Source: a virus. Taken from it: a DNA stretch of 64,000 nt. Positions 41,240 through 49,500 of the stretch are shown here, one piece after another. The DNA lies in the IMG/VR virus record IMGVR_UViG_3300009506_000002, positions 64,001-128,000 of that record; one strand, written 5' to 3'. The notes under the pieces are model-generated. The model did no database searches. It worked only from the letters and a program-made list of their open reading frames with translations, and had not been told where the DNA came from. The position numbers were made by a program, and so were the translations under genes. Positions within the stretch are counted from its first letter, which is position 1. Every line of letters begins with the position of its first letter.

Positions 41240-41881
41240 TTACCTCGTAATTACGTTATAGAGATTGTCGTGGCGATAGACGCGCTTACCAAACCCGTTG
41301 ATCTGCAGAGCAACGCTCTCCTCAACCAGTATTGAGCGAGGCTTCTCGGAGACCGGACGCTCATACTCATCTGGTGCAGATGATCCGTATTGAGAATTCA
41401 TCCTGCGCCAGTAGGATGCGATGTACTTGGCAGCGTCATCTTTCGTCTTATGTATGGAGATTCCATCAGGGCGAGTTCCCCAGCCACGCTCTGACTCTTC
41501 CCACGCAATGACAAAGACCTCTACCTTTGTCTTGGTGAACAGCTCAGGGAAGTCCTCTTGCAGCTTGGCGAGAGTGCGCTTTGCGTCTTCAGTCACTCGC
41601 TCTGTGCGCTTGCGCTCCTGCTCCTGCTCTCGTAGCGCTTCTGCGTTCTCCATCTCATAGAAGATCTGGTCAAGTGACTTGGCAGGACGAACCTCTTGCA
41701 GCTCGTAGCCAACAATCTCACAGCCTTCATAGGCTTTGCGCGGGTTGCGTACCTGACCGAGGTGGCATTTTACGTGTGAAAGCTGCTTCCACATCTTGCC
41801 CTTTTTGGTGAAGTCGGGATCCATGTCACCTGTAGAGAACAGGCCATCAGTGTTTTTGATTTTGAAGATTGTGTCTGTCAT
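41240..41881 (-). CDS. hypothetical two-domain protein
   Basis: F.K.GK.W..L.H N-domain; WEESERGWG.RPDG C-domain. Confidence 0.6.
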   Translation of the reverse strand: MTDTIFKIKNTDGLFSTGDMDPDFTKKGKMWKQLSHVKCHLGQVRNPRKAYEGCEIVGYELQEVRPAKSLDQIFYEMENAEALREQEQERKRTERVTEDAKRTLAKLQEDFPELFTKTKVEVFVIAWEESERGWGTRPDGISIHKTKDDAAKYIASYWRRMNSQYGSSAPDEYERPVSEKPRSILVEESVALQINGFGKRVYRHDNLYNVITR

Positions 41882-41907
41882 AGCGAACCTCTCATGATGA
41901 AATATTG

Positions 41908-41943
41908 AAAAGGATGCGGCAGGACTGTGAAAGTCCCGCCGCG
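41908..41943 (-). terminator. intrinsic terminator
   Basis: GCGGCGGGAC-TTTCACA-GTCCTGCCGC followed by ATCCTTTT on the minus strand. Confidence 0.7.
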
Positions 41944-41947
41944 TAGT

Positions 41948-41985
41948 GTGCCGCTTTTGGAGGTGAGTGATGAGGAGAGCGGCAC
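41948..41985. ncRNA. hairpin with a 22-nt SD/anti-SD loop (candidate regulatory RNA)
   Basis: GTGCCGCT/AGCGGCAC stem; minus-strand loop CTCCTCATCACTCACCTCCAAA. Confidence 0.4.
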
Positions 41986-42259
41986 GTGTAACTTACCCGA
42001 TCTTGGTGACTCGACCTTCGTAGTCAGTGAAGCCGATATCGAACGGCACGTAAATCTTTGTACGCGCACCCTTAGGATACAGGGTGTCTTCAGTCACCAG
42101 AATCATAAAACCATTTTCCAGCTTGTCGACGACCTCACCAACGACGTACTTGTCATCCCTACCCTCACATGGCATGAAATCAAGTGCCTTGATGCTATCG
42201 CCGATATTTGCAACTTTCTCGAAACTCATAATTAACTCCTTTGCTCACTCAATAATGAA

Positions 42260-42288
42260 AGTCTACACGAAGCAGGAGGGGATGTCAA
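42260..42288 (-). promoter_or_regulatory. early promoter cassette
   Basis: TTGACA-17-TAGACT..ATTGAGTGAGCAAAGGAG. Confidence 0.8.
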
Positions 42289-42297
42289 GAACTATTT

Positions 42298-43413
42298 CTA
42301 GCCCTCGACATTCACAACCATGTCTACTTCGTCAAGAGTAGGCCAGACGAATCCGCCCATCTTCTCAACCAGCAGGTGTGACAGGTCCTTACCTTCTTCA
42401 GCGCGACCACGGTTACGCTCGAAGATAGTTGGTGCGCCAGTGTGGAACACAGTAGCCACAACCTTGTAGCCCTTACGGCGTGCTGGGTTGATGAAAGCAC
42501 GGCGGGCCTTCTTGCTCAGGTTCATCATGTCGATGATGACGCTCTTGCCAGTGTTCAGGGACAACTGGAACAGGTCATTCATCATCTTGTTGATAACGTC
42601 CTGATCAACGGTCTTCCAGTTCTTGCCGTAGTCCTTGTAACCGCCAGCCTTACGAACCAGCTCGTCACGGGACAGAACGATGTCACACTTCACGTTCAGG
42701 TCGTTGACCAAAACTTTCTCGCCTGGGTCTGCCAGACGGTTCTGAATGAAGGTTGACTTGCCACAACCCATCGGGCCAACCAACAGGATCAGCCAAGGCT
42801 CATCGTCACTAACTTCTGGCTCAGAGAGAGTCACGAAGTCCATGTAGCGGGTGTAGTCGCCCTTTGAGCCAGCGTGCTCGGCAGCGTAGATGCGGCCTTC
42901 AACGTCAGCAGCGGCAGTCTGTGCCAGCAGGTTGAGGAAGTCTGACTCGCCAGCGAATGCAGCAGCAACGCCAGCATCCTTCTGCTCCTGAGTCTGGTTC
43001 CGGTTGCCCTGCCAGGTGTAGAGCGCCGAGTGCTGTGCGCACAGACGTGCAACAGTGAACATCTGATCCTGGGTAAGCAGGTCGCTGTACGCTTTGCGCA
43101 GAATCTCTACAGCGTAGTAGAAAGACACACCATCATGACCACGGAACGAAACGTAGTTTGTCTCAAGGTTAACCCGGCGAGTGAACGCTTTGCCTACGTC
43201 ATGCAGCAGAGCGGCCAACTGTACTTCGATCGGAGAGCCATTGATGCGCGCCTGATTGACGACCATCATGGTATGCGTCCAGACGTCGCCTTCCGTGTGA
43301 TACGGATTGGTGTCGAGGTCTGAGAAGTTATGGTCAGCATTCTTCATCGCCATTACGAGCTCTGGGAAGTTGCGCATAAAGCGCGCGATCAAATCTTGTG
43401 TGTCTACAGTCAT
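42298..43413 (-). CDS. HD phosphohydrolase fused to a P-loop polynucleotide kinase-like domain
   Basis: H.EGDVW.HT.MV, LLHDVGK, F.GH; GPMGCGKST, LS.D, VIID..NL....R. Confidence 0.82.
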   Translation of the reverse strand: MTVDTQDLIARFMRNFPELVMAMKNADHNFSDLDTNPYHTEGDVWTHTMMVVNQARINGSPIEVQLAALLHDVGKAFTRRVNLETNYVSFRGHDGVSFYYAVEILRKAYSDLLTQDQMFTVARLCAQHSALYTWQGNRNQTQEQKDAGVAAAFAGESDFLNLLAQTAAADVEGRIYAAEHAGSKGDYTRYMDFVTLSEPEVSDDEPWLILLVGPMGCGKSTFIQNRLADPGEKVLVNDLNVKCDIVLSRDELVRKAGGYKDYGKNWKTVDQDVINKMMNDLFQLSLNTGKSVIIDMMNLSKKARRAFINPARRKGYKVVATVFHTGAPTIFERNRGRAEEGKDLSHLLVEKMGGFVWPTLDEVDMVVNVEG

Positions 43414-43618
43414 TCTTACATTACCTTCGTTGAATATGCAGCGCCAGCAGCGGCAAGCGCATCAGTCAGTTCGCCAGCGTCACGCGAGTTAACGGAAATA
43501 GCCAGCTCTTGGTCATCGGCCTCCCAGTTGATGCCGAGGTCGCCGGTGGCCGGGCCAACCTTTTCAGCGTCACTTGCAGTAGGGAAACTAATTTTGATTC
43601 TCATGATAAACTCCTTTG

Positions 43619-43665
43619 CTCACTCAATAAGTGAAGTCTACACGAAACGGAACCGTTTGTCAAGA
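43619..43665 (-). repeat. 47-bp promoter cassette, identical to 46019-46065
   Basis: ctcactcaataagtgaagtctacacgaaacggaaccgtttgtcaaga at both sites; contains TTGACA-17-TAGACT. Confidence 0.9.
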
Positions 43666-43889
43666 CTTTTTCTGCATCGTTGCGTAGATCTCATAGAAGC
43701 CTTCAGTCACACCCGGCCATTCCTCCTGTTGCGATGCCGCAGTTGCCTTTTTTATCTTCGGAGCGCATCTGTGACAATAGATTGGCTTGTGAATATACTC
43801 CTCTGATATCTTGCGGGATGGAGCATGGTGTTGCCAACATCGAGCATTTCCTTTAGTTGTTCGAGTGTGTGGTTCATCTCACTTCCTCC

Positions 43890-44675
43890 TTAATCTAATC
43901 CCATTTCTGCCAGTACATCCATGAACATAGTGGCTGCCCCTGCTGCCCCTGCTGCTGCCTCTGCTGCCTCTGCTGCTGCCCTTGCTGCCCTTGCTGCTGC
44001 CCATGCTTCTGCCCTTTCTGCTGGCCCTGCTGCCCATGCTGCTGCCCCTGCTGCCCATGCTGCTGCCTCTACTGCTGCCCCTGCTGCCCCTGCTGCTGCC
44101 CCTGCTGCAGTCCCTGCTGCTGCCCATGCTTCTGCTGCCCATGCTTCTGCCCCTGCTGACCTTGCTGCTGCCCATGCTTCTGCCCTTTCGGATCGATCTG
44201 ACCCGTCAAGCCACCCGGTTGCCCAAGTGGTAAACGCATCATCCTTGTAGACGCGCATGGTCACCCTGATAGCAAACTCGACCCGCTGCTCGGTAGTGAT
44301 AGCCGGCAATGGCATCTCGCGGACAAGCCTTTGTTTTTTCGTACCAGCTTTTAACCCGTCAAAAGCAACCTCCCCACTATGCTCTATTTCCCACAACTTC
44401 GGATTTATGAAACGTGCGTGTATCAGGTTAAAGATCACCGCAAGCACTGGGTGGCGATACTGGTGCAGTACCCCATCGGTGCATAATTTGTTGCCCTTAC
44501 CCTTTGCGACCCGCCAGCGATTCATGCGGAACTTAAAGCCGCCATGTGTTGTCATCTTCTGCGTGGTCAGTTTGTAAGCAATCATCTCACTTCCTCCTTT
44601 CGTATAACCAATCATCTCACTTCCTCCTTTCGTATAACCAATCATCTCACTTCCTCCTTTCGTATAACCAATCAT
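43890..44675 (-). CDS. hypothetical protein with an Ala-rich low-complexity tail and four tandem in-frame starts
   Basis: AAWAA/AAGAA/AAEAA repeats at 43932-44185; ATGs at 44675, 44645, 44615, 44585. Confidence 0.7.
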   Translation of the reverse strand: MIGYTKGGSEMIGYTKGGSEMIGYTKGGSEMIAYKLTTQKMTTHGGFKFRMNRWRVAKGKGNKLCTDGVLHQYRHPVLAVIFNLIHARFINPKLWEIEHSGEVAFDGLKAGTKKQRLVREMPLPAITTEQRVEFAIRVTMRVYKDDAFTTWATGWLDGSDRSERAEAWAAARSAGAEAWAAEAWAAAGTAAGAAAGAAGAAVEAAAWAAGAAAWAAGPAERAEAWAAARAARAAAEAAEAAAGAAGAATMFMDVLAEMGLD

Positions 44676-44698
44676 CTCACTTCCTCCTTTCGTATAAC
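44579..44698. repeat. 4 x 30-bp perfect tandem repeat containing SD plus ATG
   Basis: caatcatctcacttcctcctttcgtataac x4; 18-bp partial copy at 43874-43891. Confidence 0.95.
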
Positions 44699-44740
44699 GC
44701 CGCAGGCATGGTCGGCATGCGCATGGCTTCTCGATGTGCA

Positions 44741-44769
44741 ATCCTATCATGATTAGACGCCGTTGTCAA
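44741..44769 (-). promoter_or_regulatory. sigma70-type promoter of the Ala-rich gene
   Basis: TTGACA-17-TAGGAT. Confidence 0.65.
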
Positions 44770-45568
44770 GTAATTTCCTGACCAAGGTCGAACAAGACCC
44801 TTGTCCTCAATGATGACTGTGCCGAGGAACGGTTTGTCGATGACGCCTTCCTCAATGCCACCCCAGCCAGTTGGTGCAACACGGATCTTCCGAATCACCT
44901 TGCGCGCGTTAGGATACACCGCAGCCCACAAGAACATGCGGCCATCCTGCATACCAACGGACAGAATCTTCGCGTCAAGTGCCATCTCGATGTTCGGTGC
45001 GACTTCGTACTTGAAAATCTTCATGCCTTCTTCTAGACGAACCACCTTATAGTCACCGTTGAGCAGGCCACCCATTACGTGGGAGAGGTTCCAGCCCTCG
45101 CGCCATGAATCACCATTCTGGCCTGTGACTTCAACCTGCACGTTGTTCTCCTCGTCCTCGATGATCAGGACGGTGGCGTACAGATAGCCAGGTGATCCGA
45201 AGTGTAGGTGAATCTGGTCACCTGATTGTAGAATGCTCATGAAAGGTCCTCCATAACAAGATATCTGCATCCAGCTTCCTGGGCAAATTCGATTGCTTCC
45301 CAGCGGAAGAAGTCTTCACGCGAGCGAGCGTAGTAGAACACGCCGAACTTCTTGCACCATGCCTGGAAGTACTCGTATGATCCATCATCGTAGGGACCCA
45401 TGCCCTCTGGGTAGATCTTTGAGTTGTCAAGCAGGCCGACGTCGATCGAAATCAGGGAAGTCCCTTCAATGGCTTGCGGATTCTTTGGCCCGAAGTCCAT
45501 TGGATACCCGTTCTGCTTTTCATACTGCTCCGGGTCAGTTATCAGGTAGGAATAGATGGATTCGGACA

Positions 45569-45997
45569 TTATGCAGTCACCTCGTAAGGCTTGTCCCACT
45601 GGCCGACGTTGATGTCGATGTACCAACCAACGTGGAAGTAGTCAGACTGGATGTCGGAGTGGTCGAAGTTCTCGATGTCCGAGCCCTTGCCATTCATGGC
45701 ATCTTTCAGCTCTTCCAGGAACTGGCGAACAACACCCGAGTAGCTGTCATGAATCCAGTAGGTGTTCACGTCGATGTAGGTAAGGTCGCTAAAGTCACGC
45801 GGGTTGCCATCAAAGCTAGGCTTGTCTGCGTTGGTCTTGGCATAGTTGCCGATGATGTCGAGCTTGCCGCTCTTGATGTTGACAACAAGGGATGAATGAT
45901 GGCGCACGGCGATAGACGCCTTCATGCCATACTTCTTGAGGACCGCCTTGATCTGCGGTGCCAGTTCTTTCTTCTTCTCTTGGTTCATGTAAGCCAT
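45569..45997 (-). CDS. conserved phage early protein
   Basis: First gene after a promoter cassette; D.SD.Q.DYF...WY..I..G.W.KPY C-terminus. Confidence 0.65.
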   Translation of the reverse strand: MAYMNQEKKKELAPQIKAVLKKYGMKASIAVRHHSSLVVNIKSGKLDIIGNYAKTNADKPSFDGNPRDFSDLTYIDVNTYWIHDSYSGVVRQFLEELKDAMNGKGSDIENFDHSDIQSDYFHVGWYIDINVGQWDKPYEVTA

Positions 45998-46018
45998 AAT
46001 AAATCTCCTCTTTGTTCA

Positions 46019-46065
46019 CTCACTCAATAAGTGAAGTCTACACGAAACGGAACCGTTTGTCAAGA
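46019..46065 (-). repeat. 47-bp promoter cassette, second copy
   Basis: Identical to 43619-43665, exactly 2400 bp apart. Confidence 0.9.
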
Positions 46066-46080
46066 AAAAGATTGCACGAG

Positions 46081-46104
46081 AAAGGCGCCCGTAAGGACGC
46101 CCTT
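46081..46104 (-). terminator. intrinsic terminator
   Basis: GGCGTCC-TTAC-GGGCGCC-TTTCT on the minus strand. Confidence 0.65.
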
Positions 46105-46121
46105 CAATGTGGATGTGTGGA

Positions 46122-46472
46122 TTACTTGCCGAGGTTGAACGCCACTTCTGCGACGTCTTTTGCGCTTGGCTTTTCATCGCCGAACTTGTCAACAATTGCT
46201 TCGTTGACGTCCTGCACAGAAAGCTCGCTGGCATCATTGCCTGCTTTGAGGGCTTTTGCGATCAGCGTCTTACGTGAAACGTCTTTCTTGACGATCTTCA
46301 GACCAACTGTCTCCCACCACTCTTCGAAGCTGCCGGCTTCAACAGCAACCTTTTCCTCAACCTGAGTTTCATCGTTGGTTTCAGTCTCCACCTGTTCGGT
46401 TTCTACGACCTCGGTTACTGCCTCTTCGACGACTTCATCCTTTTTCTTCTTGCCACGCTTCAATAGAGCCAT
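46122..46472 (-). CDS. acidic late protein
   Basis: Preceded by CATAAATA (46500-46507) and AGGAG; followed by a terminator. Confidence 0.65.
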   Translation of the reverse strand: MALLKRGKKKKDEVVEEAVTEVVETEQVETETNDETQVEEKVAVEAGSFEEWWETVGLKIVKKDVSRKTLIAKALKAGNDASELSVQDVNEAIVDKFGDEKPSAKDVAEVAFNLGK

Positions 46473-46488
46473 TTTCGTCTCCTGGAAC

Positions 46489-47067
46489 TTATTGTGTTTT
46501 ATTTATGCTTTCGTGAAGGTACTTCGCGATGTAGTACGCATCAATGAGGTCGTCTACTGGCGAAGGAAGCTTCTTGGTATGCTTCAATCCCATTTCATCG
46601 ATGAGGTTGATGCCAGTCTCTACCACGAATGCAGCAAAGATCTCGTCCTTATCAGCGCGACCGTTGCCAGTGGCGAACTTCTTTGCGGTTGGTGGCGCAA
46701 TGGTGTCAATTTGGATATTCTGACGGTAGAGCTTGTGTTTGAGCAATCCGCAGTTTTCGCCAAGATGAAACACGCGCCCGCGCGCTGCAAAAGCATAGTC
46801 TTCGATAAGTACATGCTCGACGTTGTACTGAATGGCGAAGTTCTCAAAGTTCTGAGATAGCTTGTCAAAGCGCTCCTCAGGTGAAGAGCAAGTTGGTGCT
46901 GGGTTTTGGAATATGGCGATTCGACCATTGAGGTAATATTGGTCGAGCTTCTTATTGTTTGGTACTGCCAAGAAGTAGCAGTTCTCAATGCTGAAAGGCT
47001 TGTCCGCGTCACATACGCACATTGCCGGACTGGTCAGCGAATAGTCAATACCTGCGATCAGCTTCAT
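46489..47067 (-). CDS. RuvC-like Holliday junction resolvase
   Basis: GIDYSL, IEDY, KKFATG.G.A.K, D..DA. Confidence 0.82.
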   Translation of the reverse strand: MKLIAGIDYSLTSPAMCVCDADKPFSIENCYFLAVPNNKKLDQYYLNGRIAIFQNPAPTCSSPEERFDKLSQNFENFAIQYNVEHVLIEDYAFAARGRVFHLGENCGLLKHKLYRQNIQIDTIAPPTAKKFATGNGRADKDEIFAAFVVETGINLIDEMGLKHTKKLPSPVDDLIDAYYIAKYLHESINKTQ

Positions 47068-47222
47068 TATTCAGTGGCTTCCTCTTCGTAGGTCTCTATG
47101 TCATCTGAGCCACAAAGAGAGCAGTATTCGACCGAGTAACGGTCATCGTCCAAGTTGTTGAAGACTGAATAGGCTCCTCCGCAATCTACGCACTCAACTC
47201 TGGTAAATTGTTCTACAAACAT
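47067..47222 (-). CDS. small zinc-ribbon protein
   Basis: Hand translation MFVEQFTRVECVDCGG...YCSLCGSDD...; follows a late promoter; below the ORF-track cutoff. Confidence 0.65.
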   Translation of the reverse strand: MFVEQFTRVECVDCGGAYSVFNNLDDDRYSVEYCSLCGSDDIETYEEEATE

Positions 47223-47278
47223 TCGAACTCCTAGTGGTGTTGTTTGCAGTATTTAGCAGAGGAGCCTATTTGATCAGC

Positions 47279-47548
47279 TTACTCCCAGTTGATGTTCTGG
47301 ACGCTTGAAACTCGGAAGCGGCGCCATCCGTTTACGTCCAGGTCATAGACAGGGACGATGTTTGGATTTGGCTTGCGACCAGAGATTTCAGCGACCTCGT
47401 TGACGACATCAACAGGCTCTGGAAGCAGTTCGGCTTTCAGTGTGCAGCGCATGACGCGCTCTGAACCGTCAACCTTGGTGAACGTTACTTCCGCCACGCC
47501 CTCTTGGAGCTTGGCAATCAGGTCTTCGCGTTTTAGTGGTGTATTCAT
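47279..47548 (-). CDS. SH3/WYL-like phage protein (DUF2693-like)
   Basis: V.FTK.DG.ER.M.CTL, V.DLD..GWR.FR. Confidence 0.75.
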   Translation of the reverse strand: MNTPLKREDLIAKLQEGVAEVTFTKVDGSERVMRCTLKAELLPEPVDVVNEVAEISGRKPNPNIVPVYDLDVNGWRRFRVSSVQNINWE

Positions 47549-47579
47549 TAGAACTCCTGTTCGATCAATAGAGATATGA

Positions 47580-47608
47580 AGTCTACCACACGAAGACCTT
47601 CTTGTCAA
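47580..47608 (-). promoter_or_regulatory. early promoter
   Basis: TTGACA-17-TAGACT; the -35 supplies the upstream stop. Confidence 0.78.
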
Positions 47609-48307
47609 GACATCTTTGCTCGAGCATAGTCGAATGTGATGGTGAACGTAATCTCGTCGTCATCCATGCTTCTGCTTGAACGATAGCCCGACGTGAACGC
47701 ACCCACAATCTCAATATCGATGAGTAGCGCGAACGGTACATGAAGAACCGGATAGTAGCGCAGTGATGCAGAGAACTTCCAGTCAGTCATGACCTTGGCA
47801 TTCTCAAATGAGCGTACCAGTGCCTCAGACAGAAGCGATCCCTTCTTGGCTTTCAGCTCGAGAGTCGTATTGTCGAGGAATCTTGCCACGACCATTTCTG
47901 ACTGTCCGATCTTGTCACCAAAAAGACACTTCTCCCATGGGCGATCTTTCAGCTCGAGCTCTTTGCTCAGGCTTTCAAGTTTCTTGGATATTTCGCCAAG
48001 CTCTTCAGATACTTTGATGGTCATATATTCTCCTGTCAATCATTCCACTTCACAAAGAAGTCTGTGTCCGGATCTTCTATTGTTTCAACATCGAGATTTT
48101 CGATCGTGCATGAGAAGTCATCGTCGGTGGCCTCAATGTTGAGGGTTTCAGGCGTCTGGCTGTGCTCCGGGTGATCGAGTTCAATGTGTGCGGTCAAGAA
48201 CGTAACGTTTGCTCCACAGATAGGACACTTCGTGCAGCATGGAACGCAGTGAATAGCGCCTGATCGATGACAGTCACAGGTGCATTCGAATGACCGTGTT
48301 GCGCAAT

Positions 48308-48718
48308 TCAACATACGACGATCGGGTATCCTGGGAACCAGCGGTCGCCAGTGTTCGGCTCTCTCCATAACGGGACTACAGGCGAACCCGGGAACGGAGA
48401 TGGTTGCCAAGGATTGATTGTGTCCTTTGGCAGATCTTCGATCAGTTTGCGAATATGCTCTTCTGCATCCTTCTCGTCATCCTGCTCTTCTGCATCAGGC
48501 TCAATTTCGTCCTCGACAAGAATCTCTTGCGTCTCGTCGTTTGTGGTGGTCAGTGTATAGTCCGGGGTCAGCTTCATGAATACCAGCCCAAGGTGTTCTT
48601 TGATCATACGAACTTGCTTCTTTGACAAGCTGTCCGCATCTGTCATCTCAAAGAACCCTTGCAGCCAGTAAACAAACTGCTCCGGAGACATTCTCGGTAA
48701 TTTAGTTTGAATCATCAT
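48308..48718 (-). CDS. conserved phage hypothetical protein
   Basis: P.QF.YWLQGFFE, IK.HL.LVF.K.TP. Confidence 0.65.
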   Translation of the reverse strand: MMIQTKLPRMSPEQFVYWLQGFFEMTDADSLSKKQVRMIKEHLGLVFMKLTPDYTLTTTNDETQEILVEDEIEPDAEEQDDEKDAEEHIRKLIEDLPKDTINPWQPSPFPGSPVVPLWREPNTGDRWFPGYPIVVC

Positions 48719-48724
48719 CTCTCC

Positions 48725-49384
48725 TTAGATTTCACATACTCCGTTGGTGCAGGCAAGTGTCTGCATACCTTCGGTGTTGTCTTCGAACTCGTAGTCCTTC
48801 AGTGCTTCCCAATTGATCTTTGGGAACTCTCTGACGAGGCGCTTGTATGTTGCCTCATCGATATCTTGGTACGGGGCCTGCTGGTAGCTGTGCTCGCTGA
48901 ACGGCAGGAATGATACGCCGGAGACCTTGTCAAAGTTATCCCATACCCATGCACCAACTTCCATCCACTCGTGATCTTTCACGTAGACGGTGATTGATGG
49001 CTTATGCTCGCACCAATGGGTCTGGTAGATCATCCACATCTCAAGCTGCTCGATGGCTGTGCGATCAGTTCTCATGACTGCACCTTCTGGTGACTTCATT
49101 GGGAACGAGAACACGGTTGTCGAGTCAGGCTTGGTGATGTCTGGCTCATGCGGGATACCCTGATCCTTCATGAACTGGGTCATCGGATCCTTGTTGTCAG
49201 CGCGCACGGTACGAACGTAGTGTGGCGCGAAGCGGTCGTGCATACCAGACGCAGAGTCGACAAGCTGAGATACTGTGTTGTGTGACACTATACCATTCGA
49301 CAGTTGGTATGAGTGTGTATTTTCAACCTCAATATCAACAGTGAATTGCGGCTCTTCTAATTTTGTTATTCTTTTTAATTTCAT
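48725..49384 (-). CDS. nrdJ: split-intein C-part (36 aa) fused to the class II ribonucleotide reductase C-terminal part
   Basis: DIEV..THSY...NG.VSHN|TVSQL...ASG.H, WCEHKPS.T, SGVSFLP, YQQAPY, terminal ACTNGVCEI. Confidence 0.9.
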   Translation of the reverse strand: MKLKRITKLEEPQFTVDIEVENTHSYQLSNGIVSHNTVSQLVDSASGMHDRFAPHYVRTVRADNKDPMTQFMKDQGIPHEPDITKPDSTTVFSFPMKSPEGAVMRTDRTAIEQLEMWMIYQTHWCEHKPSITVYVKDHEWMEVGAWVWDNFDKVSGVSFLPFSEHSYQQAPYQDIDEATYKRLVREFPKINWEALKDYEFEDNTEGMQTLACTNGVCEI

Positions 49385-49500
49385 TTAGACTCCTTTATTA
49401 CAGCGGTCGAAGTGATGTCTTTTCATTGCTGGAAGAGACTTTCCGTTTTTACCGCACTTTGGACAAATTATATTTGTTCTGGGTATTCTTCCCGACTTAA
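49385..49500 (-). pseudogene. relic 3' end of a homing endonuclease-type gene between the intein halves
   Basis: Start-less frame SGRIPRTNIICPKCGKNGKSLPAMKRHHFDRCNKGV*; AT-rich. Confidence 0.6.

Noticed and set aside
41908-41985. tRNA gene in the double-hairpin region
   Set aside because: No cloverleaf, T-loop motif or CCA end. No tRNA was recognised anywhere in the window by eye; tRNAscan would be needed to be certain.
43890-44250. Diversity-generating retroelement target
   Set aside because: No reverse transcriptase and no template/variable repeat pair differing at adenines was seen.
44599-44608. TTCGTATAA resemblance to a loxP arm
   Set aside because: Only 9 bp, no inverted partner arm, and no tyrosine recombinase seen.
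44579-44698. 30-bp repeats as a CRISPR array
   Set aside because: The units are directly adjacent with no spacers, and there are no cas genes in the window.
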